From Alloascoidea hylecoeti (lineage: Eukaryota): DNA of 64,000 nt. The stretch spans positions 310,001-374,000 of the forward strand of contig BCKZ01000007.1 in NCBI GenBank assembly GCA_001600815.1, read 5' to 3'. This document shows, piece by piece, positions 13,111-22,711 of the stretch. Under the pieces are notes generated by a model that made no database searches, was not told the DNA's origin, and saw only the letters and a program-made list of their open reading frames with translations. The number at the start of each line of letters is the position of its first letter. Position 1 is the stretch's first letter. A program made the position numbers and the translations under genes.

Positions 13111-15222
13111 GACTATCAAACTAAACAAAAATGTATAAAGAATGAATAATGTTGTATATAAACACAGTACTAATACTAAGAATGTAACGTTTGGAACAAA
13201 TATTTCCTTGTTTTTCACTTCTTTGATTTGATTTTATTTTTGTTTTGTCCTGATATATAAGATACTTAAGCAGTGTATTAATTATAGCTAAAGGAGTCTG
13301 GTGGTTACATGATTTTTATACTCATTCTGCAATTTTATTTATGATTATCCTCATATCAAGTGTTTATGTTCATTAAAAAAAATTGTTATCTGTTTATAGC
13401 CATCTTTGTTATTAATTATAAAAACGATTCGGTGAATAATTATTTTGCGTGTTTACCAGAAATTAGTTCGTTGGGTACTTTGTATGCTGCAATATATTTC
13501 GCTGTGGCTTTGAAATTTATTTCGCCTGTCTCATCAAAAAGACTGTTTATTCCACAGTTTTTCCTTCTTCTTTAAATTTAATAGTTATAGTATAATCTAA
13601 TATATATAAATTTTAGCTTTACGAAATCTATGAATTTATCAGATTCTGGGTTGTGTTTAAAATAATTTCAAAAACATATAATTATAAGCATTTATCATTT
13701 CACATTCACGGAATAATATCCATCCTAGCTGCAGTTTGAAAAATTGGCAGAGAATCTGGAGATGTGCACTTTAAACTTATAAACTGTGATCATTATGATG
13801 TTATTTCTTTATGTGATCTTTGAATATGATAGTATATAGCAATATTATTACCTCTGGAGTTCGAGTTCGACTTCTGTCATTGATATTCATTCTATTATTT
13901 AACAGTTGAAACGACGGATAAATAAAATACATGTATAAATTCAAGCATAAAAAAGTTCTTCAAATTCATTTAAATTCATAACCACTTGACAATGAGATTG
14001 TTGACTGACAATTTCACCATGTTTAGTCTATTACTGCCAAGATTACAGGAACTAGCTACCGGTATAGTAGTGCAAACAAATTATCATGCCTATTATACTA
14101 TTTGAATTAGATATTCAATCAAGAAATAGTGTAATACTGATATCGACTTTAATAGTTGAATATCCTATATAAAAGCTTTTAATATGACTTGATAATTTTG
14201 CGATTTATTAGCATTATTTATTACAGCTGATATAGTTATGATAATATTCTAGTATCCTGTTAAACATACTTTAAAATAATGGACAATATTATAAATTAAA
14301 CCTAATATAATTACTTTGACAGTTTGGCTACAACACAGCGGGTGTCATGGTTAATTAATTTATATGATATAATGCATTGTTATAAATATTATACAGGCAC
14401 AATTTATCATACCTGTCGTGTTATAATTAAAAAGCTGCGCTATATCTACCATTTCAGCTGGTTGTTAAAGGTTAATATGATCAGATAGACTTAATTTGCG
14501 AAATTGAAAACATCTAATCTGACAAGGGAAAAGGAAATAAATGCAACCCATTTAATTTCTGCTTCTCAACCATCTGCAATCTACTTAAATACAATAAACA
14601 AGTTGCCTCATACCTCATCAAGATAAAAGGATCGAGTGCAGGGTTGGGAAAAGGACTTGTAGGTGATTTCCTTATTTTTATTCCAGAGCTGGACATAGTT
14701 TTTTTAAAAATAGAACCTATGGATACCTTATTATAAGCTTAAGCTTGCCATTTCTTTTTCTATATAATTCTTCCTTTATTTATGATTTTCATATTATTCC
14801 TTGTATTTAGGAACCACCATTTCATTCAATGTCCAATTGATATAATCTCTCATTCTTTTCAACTCTGGCATAGTTTCAGACTTTACAATTTTTCACCTTT
14901 TTTTTTTTTTGTATGTTCTAAATTTTTAAGATTTTGGGAAGTCAAGTCACATCTATATCCAACGAATTAGGAAGGTTTTGCCAGGAAAATGTGAAAGTAA
15001 GTGTTTAATGGTCACGTTAGGTATTTTGGAACAAGAAAGATGACTATGTCTCTATACAGATCCTGAAGTGGCTATCAAACTACAAGTTTTGATTTTCAAT
15101 GGTTCTGCTTAAAAGGATATATTACAAATGAATTATATATTAAAGATTAATGAAATTATATTCAGAACTATAAAGGCTTTATATATTCTAAGAGATGAGA
15201 TACTATATCAAATGAATACAAC

Positions 15223-16446
15223 TCATTTGAATGACCACGGGTTCATATTCATCATCGAAATTGGATCCATGAAAGGAAAAGGAATATTTATACCAATTGG
15301 AAACTCTCCTTGGTTCATCATCGGAAAGAAGGAATAATTTCCATTCATATTAAAATTATAATTATTATTTTCTGTTACAATTGGTTTGGATTTCTTTGCA
15401 TTGATATTACTGATTTCCACTTCTTCCCGTTTTCGTTTATAATTACTTGAATGATCATGATTGTTCTTATGTTTTAAAAGTTTCTCTTCGGTATCACCAT
15501 CTTTCAACAACTGTTCTAACAAAACTTCATCTTTCCCACAATTAGGACATTTAAAATCATTATCCATTAATGTTTGTTGAATAGCATCATATTCATAAGT
15601 TTTACTACAGCATGGTGTTTTAACAGGATGTAAGAATATTTGATTAGTCAAAGGACATACAAGTTGAGTGTTGGGTATATGAGCTGCTGCTCTTGATTTC
15701 TGTTGATGATTCTTCCACGATTTATCATCTGCTACAGCCACAACATATTCTCCACTTTCTGTGATCATGTAATTACCTTGATTGGCGTCTCCATGTTCAG
15801 GATTTGGTATAGATTTTAAGAATGTTTTAGGAATACCAGTGGTTTTCATTACACGTTTACCGTCCCATTTGGGATCATCCTTTGTAGGACAATTTTTGAT
15901 CCAATGATCTTTTGAGCCACATCTATGACAAACATAGTCAGAAGGTGGATAGCTGAGCATATTAAAATGTGATGATGATTTATTATATATAGGAATTGCA
16001 GATGTCATACGTTTTTGGGTTTCTTTCCAATGATCTGACTGTGCTTGAAAGATGGCCTTGATTCTATCATCTTCTGAGCCAGACACTGGAATTTTAATAT
16101 TATTAGAACTATTTTTTACAGAGATATAGGATGAATGTTTGTTGATGAATTTTGGTATTGGTGTGGTTCCGTTGAGGTATCGTTGAATTCCTTTGTTTTT
16201 ACCTCTAAGTTTCACTGGTATTCTTCTTACCAATATACTTGCTGATCTTTGCAACACTTTGGAATCATCGTGATACTTTTCTTTGGTATCTGGATCCTCG
16301 AGTACTATATCAAAATCACTTCCGGCTAATTTATTGGAAATTATAATCTCTCGTTTAATATCGAAAACTGAGACGTTAATACTATCAAACGTAAGGGTTG
16401 AGTGTCGCTTTTGAGACATAAATCTATAGTAGATACAGGAAGACAT
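15223..16446 (-). CDS. MPE1: Mpe1/RBBP6-like cleavage-and-polyadenylation factor subunit, left copy
   Basis: N-terminal DWNN domain (IYYRF.SQ..VFDIKREII), zinc knuckle CHRCGSKDHWIKNC, TTGIPK motif, and RING/U-box-like CPLT..PVKTPCC..CPNC. Confidence 0.92.
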   Translation of the reverse strand: MSSCIYYRFMSQKRHSTLTFDSINVSVFDIKREIIISNKLAGSDFDIVLEDPDTKEKYHDDSKVLQRSASILVRRIPVKLRGKNKGIQRYLNGTTPIPKFINKHSSYISVKNSSNNIKIPVSGSEDDRIKAIFQAQSDHWKETQKRMTSAIPIYNKSSSHFNMLSYPPSDYVCHRCGSKDHWIKNCPTKDDPKWDGKRVMKTTGIPKTFLKSIPNPEHGDANQGNYMITESGEYVVAVADDKSWKNHQQKSRAAAHIPNTQLVCPLTNQIFLHPVKTPCCSKTYEYDAIQQTLMDNDFKCPNCGKDEVLLEQLLKDGDTEEKLLKHKNNHDHSSNYKRKREEVEISNINAKKSKPIVTENNNYNFNMNGNYSFFPMMNQGEFPIGINIPFPFMDPISMMNMNPWSFK

Positions 16447-17434
16447 TGCTGGTTGACTTTACTGGTGGTTGTAAATGATAAATAATATTGGATTCGAAGA
16501 TAAATGTTAGCTTGAAAAATGGACGTTTATTGATAAATAACGCAACACCTAATAGTTTCAGAATTTAAAATGAGTATTAATAAAAGATGTATGTTTTCGA
16601 GAGTATGTTAAGTAAAGGCTGGAGTCTGATACTATCGTAAAATTCGTGAGGTTAAAAGTTATATAAAATATAGCTATGAATATGAGAAAGTGGATGAAGA
16701 AGTAAGAAGTGTGGAGTAAACGGACTAATAATAATTGTATGTAGTAAATGCAGGGTAACTCGTCTAAATAATTCCAAATTTGTCAGACTTCTGCATTACT
16801 TCCTATAATGGAATATGCATATACAAATTGAAATACTACAATTGCAAGAATTTAAAGGAACGGTAAAATATAGTGAGCTTAAGCATATTTCTAAGTATTG
16901 TTCGTTCCATAGTCTATAAATCGTACATGATTTTCCAAAATCGTTCAACTCTTAAACATAAAAAATACTAAATCCATACTAAATCCTTAGAAATATGCTT
17001 AAGCTCACTATATTTTACCGTTCCTTTAAATTCTTGCAATTGTAGTATTTCAATTTGTATATGCATATTCCATTATAGGAAGTAATGCAGAAGTCTGACA
17101 AATTTGGAATTATTTAGACGAGTTACCCTGCATTTACTACATACAATTATTATTAGTCCGTTTACTCCACACTTCTTACTTCTTCATCCACTTTCTCATA
17201 TTCATAGCTATATTTTATATAACTTTTAACCTCACGAATTTTACGATAGTATCAGACTCCAGCCTTTACTTAACATACTCTCGAAAACATACATCTTTTA
17301 TTAATACTCATTTTAAATTCTGAAACTATTAGGTGTTGCGTTATTTATCAATAAACGTCCATTTTTCAAGCTAACATTTATCTTCGAATCCAATATTATT
17401 TATCATTTACAACCACCAGTAAAGTCAACCAGCA

Positions 17435-18658
17435 ATGTCTTCCTGTATCTACTATAGATTTATGTCTCAAAAGCGACACTCAACCCTTACGTTTGATAGT
17501 ATTAACGTCTCAGTTTTCGATATTAAACGAGAGATTATAATTTCCAATAAATTAGCCGGAAGTGATTTTGATATAGTACTCGAGGATCCAGATACCAAAG
17601 AAAAGTATCACGATGATTCCAAAGTGTTGCAAAGATCAGCAAGTATATTGGTAAGAAGAATACCAGTGAAACTTAGAGGTAAAAACAAAGGAATTCAACG
17701 ATACCTCAACGGAACCACACCAATACCAAAATTCATCAACAAACATTCATCCTATATCTCTGTAAAAAATAGTTCTAATAATATTAAAATTCCAGTGTCT
17801 GGCTCAGAAGATGATAGAATCAAGGCCATCTTTCAAGCACAGTCAGATCATTGGAAAGAAACCCAAAAACGTATGACATCTGCAATTCCTATATATAATA
17901 AATCATCATCACATTTTAATATGCTCAGCTATCCACCTTCTGACTATGTTTGTCATAGATGTGGCTCAAAAGATCATTGGATCAAAAATTGTCCTACAAA
18001 GGATGATCCCAAATGGGACGGTAAACGTGTAATGAAAACCACTGGTATTCCTAAAACATTCTTAAAATCTATACCAAATCCTGAACATGGAGACGCCAAT
18101 CAAGGTAATTACATGATCACAGAAAGTGGAGAATATGTTGTGGCTGTAGCAGATGATAAATCGTGGAAGAATCATCAACAGAAATCAAGAGCAGCAGCTC
18201 ATATACCCAACACTCAACTTGTATGTCCTTTGACTAATCAAATATTCTTACATCCTGTTAAAACACCATGCTGTAGTAAAACTTATGAAGATGATGCTAT
18301 TCAACAAACATTAATGGATAATGATTTTAAATGTCCTAATTGTGGGAAAGATGAAGTTTTGTTAGAACAGTTGTTGAAAGATGGTGATACCGAAGAGAAA
18401 CTTTTAAAACATAAGAACAATCATGATCATTCAAGTAATTATAAACGAAAACGGGAAGAAGTGGAAATCAGTAATATCAATGCAAAGAAATCCAAACCAA
18501 TTGTAACAGAAAATAATAATTATAATTTTAATATGAATGGAAATTATTCCTTCTTTCCGATGATGAACCAAGGAGAGTTTCCAATTGGTATAAATATTCC
18601 TTTTCCTTTCATGGATCCAATTTCGATGATGAATATGAACCCGTGGTCATTCAAATGA
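17435..18658 (+). CDS. MPE1: Mpe1/RBBP6-like protein, right copy (YEDD where the left copy has YEYD)
   Basis: Same domains as the left copy; the two 407-aa translations differ at one residue. Confidence 0.92.
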   Translation: MSSCIYYRFMSQKRHSTLTFDSINVSVFDIKREIIISNKLAGSDFDIVLEDPDTKEKYHDDSKVLQRSASILVRRIPVKLRGKNKGIQRYLNGTTPIPKFINKHSSYISVKNSSNNIKIPVSGSEDDRIKAIFQAQSDHWKETQKRMTSAIPIYNKSSSHFNMLSYPPSDYVCHRCGSKDHWIKNCPTKDDPKWDGKRVMKTTGIPKTFLKSIPNPEHGDANQGNYMITESGEYVVAVADDKSWKNHQQKSRAAAHIPNTQLVCPLTNQIFLHPVKTPCCSKTYEDDAIQQTLMDNDFKCPNCGKDEVLLEQLLKDGDTEEKLLKHKNNHDHSSNYKRKREEVEISNINAKKSKPIVTENNNYNFNMNGNYSFFPMMNQGEFPIGINIPFPFMDPISMMNMNPWSFK

Positions 18659-19047
18659 GTTGTATTCATTTGATATAGTATCTCATCTCTTAGAATATAT
18701 AAAGCCTTTATAGTTCTGAATATAATTTCATTAATCTTTAATATATAATTCATTTGTAATATATCCTTTTAAGCAGAACCATTGAAAATCAAAACTTGTA
18801 GTTTGATAGCCACTTCAGAATCTGTATAGAGACATAGTCATCTTTCTTGTTCCAAAATACCTAACGTGACCATTAAACACTTACTTTTAGGTTGTCTTTG
18901 AATGTTCTCAGATATGAAGTATTGAAAATATATGATAAGTGTTTAAACTAGACATTGTAGTCCAAAAAGATACTTTCTCATTTCAAAATACCAAATATAT
19001 AACCATTCGATCCAGAAAAATATTTTGAAGAAGTCCTGAGATGGAAA

Positions 19048-19070
19048 ACACACACACACACACACACACA
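19048..19070. repeat. (AC)11 microsatellite
   Basis: Directly visible in the sequence. Confidence 0.95.
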
Positions 19071-20744
19071 TAATTAAACCGATTGAAAATACGAGTCTGT
19101 TTCATAAGAGAGACTCAATTAATAGCCAGATAAACAAAGTATGGAATGATTTGTTGATTTTGTGGTAGAATATTGGATTTATAGTGAAAAGACTGCTCAC
19201 CTGCTCCATATGTTTGAGTCCTATTGGCACTAATTCATAAATGAAGCATGCAAGGAACTCAATTTACTGAAAAACTTGAATGGGCTATCTTGTAGAGTTT
19301 CCACAGATATGTGGGAAATTTAAAGATTCTAGCGATTCTTAACATTAAAGAAATTAGATGTTTCCGTCTTTAAGACGTATTCCATCTGCTAAATGACATT
19401 AAAAACTTCTAAAATTTATAAAAGAAAACTGTCTCTCTTGTGTCTCATGAAAGATATGTGTATGATAAAGACAGTTAATATGTTTGTTAAATTTTAAAAA
19501 ATGTTTTAGTTTTTGTGTATTTTATAATGCATATTCAGACACAAAATTTTATTTATTAAACCTGGCTAACTAAACATTTAGTATTGGTATTAAGAATTTT
19601 GGTTAATTTCATATAGCGAGATTTTGATGGGTGTGTTTGACGATATCAGTCAGGAGAAATTCAACCTTCTCAGTTGTGGGGAAAATAAAAAGTTTCTGAA
19701 AAGAAGAGTCTGTGCTCGAATCAACACTACCCGGCAATATCGATTCACGGAATGATCTGACCGAACACAATGAAACAAATCCCCCGTTTCTGATATAGTT
19801 ATAGCTAGATTAATTACAGCTATTACAATGTTTTAACTAAATATTCGACCACAAGAAGAACGTATTTGGTTTATCACACGATCCTGCTCTCATTATACAT
19901 CACGTGCTTTTGCCTAAATTAAATGAGATGTACTAATGATGGACCATACAGCACTAAATAAATGGAATGCTACTTGAAAGAAAAAATTGAACCAGAACAT
20001 CGCCCACATCAGACAAACGAATATGAACATTTTTGGTATTAAAAATATATGATCTTACATACCCATACTTAAATTTTTAGATTAATTATGTATAACAATT
20101 AACAAGTGTATGTAAAAATCATTAATAAGATAGCTAGGTTTAAAAAATTTGCACATGAGAAATAAATAGCCCCAATTCGAAATTAAAAAAAGCTTTCGTA
20201 AATAAAATACCGCAATATACATTAATAATGAATAATGAAAAAAAGTTTAAAGAACATAACCATGTTTATAATTTCTATAAAAAGCGAAAAATGAAAATTT
20301 TCAAGTATAATACATGTTTTAAAATATCAAAAATATATATATAAAATATTAATTTAAAATCAAAATCTTTGTAATTGATTTTAAATAAAGATAACATATA
20401 AAAACAATAATTTTAAAGTAATAATAAAGAATAACAAGATTAACTAGCAAAGTTTACAATATATAAAAAAAGTAGTGGGTAATAATGATAATAATGACAA
20501 TAGTAATAATAGTAAGGTAATAGTAATAGTAATAATGATAAGTAGGAATGAAATTAAATTGATAAAGGATTGATTTTTATAAAACTTTTAAAACAATAGG
20601 GAATTGTAATAGTAATATTAATGAGTAAGAAATAAGGGGAAAAAAGAGGGAAATAAAAAAAAAATTCTAAAAGAAATTCAAATATGTACCTTTAAACATT
20701 AGATAAAAACAAAAAAAAATCATTTCAATATTCATAAATAATCA

Positions 20745-22193
20745 TTAATTAATTTTTTTATTACCAGCTTCACAAACTTTAATACTTCTAACCCATTCAC
20801 TATTTAAAACTTCTTTACCATTTAATCTTGTAATTGGATTTGGATCAAGCATTGAATAAATAACATTTCTACATTTCAAACTTTTTAATGATTCAATTGG
20901 TGCATAACCAGTCCTTTTTTTACGATCATTTAAATATGATTGATAAAATTTATCAACGGATGGTTTTGCAATTGTCCACATATAATGACCAGTCCTCATT
21001 GACATATAAATGATACCACATGACCAAATATCAACAGGTCTAGGATCAAATTCATCAGTTATATATTCTTCAGGGGCAATATAAGGAGTTGAACCACAAA
21101 GACCATGACTTGGATGAACATCTTCTTCCCAAGCCATTTTAAAACATTCAGAATTACCAAAATCTGAAATTTTACAACATCCATCACGAGTTAATAAAAT
21201 ATTTTCAGGTTTTAAATCACAATGAGCAATACCCATGTTATGCATATATAAAACCCCACGCATAATTTGTTTAAACATACAATTTGCTTCACTTGGTTCA
21301 AGACCTGATTCACCAGTTGATAAAATTAAAGAATATAAATCACCACCAGCACAATATTCCATAACACAAAAATCACCTTTAATATCTTTCATTAAATCAA
21401 AAGTTGAAATAATATTTGGATGATGTAATGAAGCAGATATACAAAATTCGGTAGTCAAACGTTTATTATAATGATCAGGAGATTCATCAGCTTTCTTTTT
21501 AAAATCTTTAATTGCAAAATAAGTACGTTCTTTTGTTTTTGAATCAATTCTTTCAGATAATCGAACAACACCAAAAGATCCTTTACCAATAACACCTTGT
21601 AATTTACCATATTTTTGTAAAAAACTTGCTTCATTTTGGATATTTGTTGAGCTAGTAGTTGTAGTTGTAGTTGTAGTAACAGTAGTGGCAGTTGTTGTTG
21701 GAGCATTTCTAACTACATGTTTAACATCTTTTTCACCACGTTCTATTGCCGATACTAATCTTGACATCATACTTAATTGATTTTTTGGTTGGTTTTGTTG
21801 TAAACCATTCATTAAATCTTCAGAAAGAGCCAAATCAGGAACAGCAGAAACAGCTTCATCACGTAGCTTTTTATTATTTCTTAGTAAGTTATTTAACATA
21901 CTGCCCAATTTTTCTTGTCGATGGGCAGGTTTTAAACGGTGAACATGTGAATCTTCAGCAAGAATAAAACGACCACTATTAACATTTGTATTATTTGTTG
22001 AAGAAGAAACAACAGTAGATTGGGTATCCGATAGTTTAGAAGTTGAAGAAGATCTTGAAGAAGTTGACAAAGACTTAGAGGATCGCGAGGATCTAGAAGA
22101 AACGGGTTTTATAGTATCATCATTGTGATTTGGATCTTTGACATGAGAAAACAGGCTCAATATTTTGTTTGGCATGGATACCAAAGCAGGCAT
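20745..22193 (-). CDS. SAT4: Npr1/Hal5-family Ser/Thr kinase, Sat4/Hal4-like
   Basis: GKGSFG, RLTTEFCI, HCDLKPEN, DFG and PYIAPEE motifs, plus the N-terminal RQEKL motif typical of Sat4/Hal4. Confidence 0.82.
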   Translation of the reverse strand: MPALVSMPNKILSLFSHVKDPNHNDDTIKPVSSRSSRSSKSLSTSSRSSSTSKLSDTQSTVVSSSTNNTNVNSGRFILAEDSHVHRLKPAHRQEKLGSMLNNLLRNNKKLRDEAVSAVPDLALSEDLMNGLQQNQPKNQLSMMSRLVSAIERGEKDVKHVVRNAPTTTATTVTTTTTTTTSSTNIQNEASFLQKYGKLQGVIGKGSFGVVRLSERIDSKTKERTYFAIKDFKKKADESPDHYNKRLTTEFCISASLHHPNIISTFDLMKDIKGDFCVMEYCAGGDLYSLILSTGESGLEPSEANCMFKQIMRGVLYMHNMGIAHCDLKPENILLTRDGCCKISDFGNSECFKMAWEEDVHPSHGLCGSTPYIAPEEYITDEFDPRPVDIWSCGIIYMSMRTGHYMWTIAKPSVDKFYQSYLNDRKKRTGYAPIESLKSLKCRNVIYSMLDPNPITRLNGKEVLNSEWVRSIKVCEAGNKKIN

Positions 22194-22435
22194 TAGTAAT
22201 CGAAAAGAAGCTCAGAAAGCACGCGTACGCCTTTGCTACTTAGAAAAGCAGAGGAACACAGAAAAAACAAACACTCGAGAAGAAAAGGGAAAAACAGATA
22301 CTGTCAAGAAAAAAACAGAGAAGAGCAGAAAACAAATTCAATTTAACTGCCGCACTCGGTACCACATGTACACATCACAGTATACGTCAGCACACAGGGA
22401 GGTGCATGCTCATGCACGAGTATGCCCTGAAGTGC

Positions 22436-22520
22436 GGCACGTGACCCGTGAATGAGGTAATAATATAATATTCCTTAACAGTGGCTCTTCCCGTCGGTCA
22501 CATGAGGAGCACGTGAGTCT
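22436..22520. promoter_or_regulatory. Cluster of E-box (CACGTG/CACATG) sites upstream of SAT4
   Basis: gcacgtgac, gtcacatga and gcacgtgag lie within about 85 bp of a GC-richer promoter. Cbf1/Pho4/Tye7-type motif; binding is inferred. Confidence 0.45.
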
Positions 22521-22711
22521 CCTGTGAGTAGTCTTGGATGTTAATCATGAAACACGCATTCACATTCTACTAAGAATGTTTGGTATATGAAAGACCATGT
22601 TGAAACAGTTACCCCATGAGGTCTCACTGCCCATATCCAACATGGCAGTTAGCGTTTTACAGCTTTTATGACATCATTTTATAAAAATATAGATATATAC
22701 TATGGAATCAC

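Larger units (their letters stand above)
14994..18887. repeat. Large inverted duplication: arms 14994-16895 and 16986-18887 (1902 bp each) with a 90-bp spacer
   Basis: Mirror positions sum to 33881. Two mismatches were seen by eye (15062/18819 and 15591/18290). Confidence 0.97.

Noticed and set aside
14500..14993. Decayed coding-like DNA flanking the palindrome (also about 18900-19450)
   Set aside because: Many stops in the frames I translated and no assignable motif.
15128..15337. 69-aa ORF duplicated in both palindrome arms
   Set aside because: Antisense overlap of the MPE1 3' end; duplicated only because the arm is.
14994..18887. Palindrome as an inverted-repeat centromere or mating-type inversion switch
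   Set aside because: Those structures have kb-scale cores or enclose MAT genes; here the spacer is 90 bp and the arms are protein-coding.
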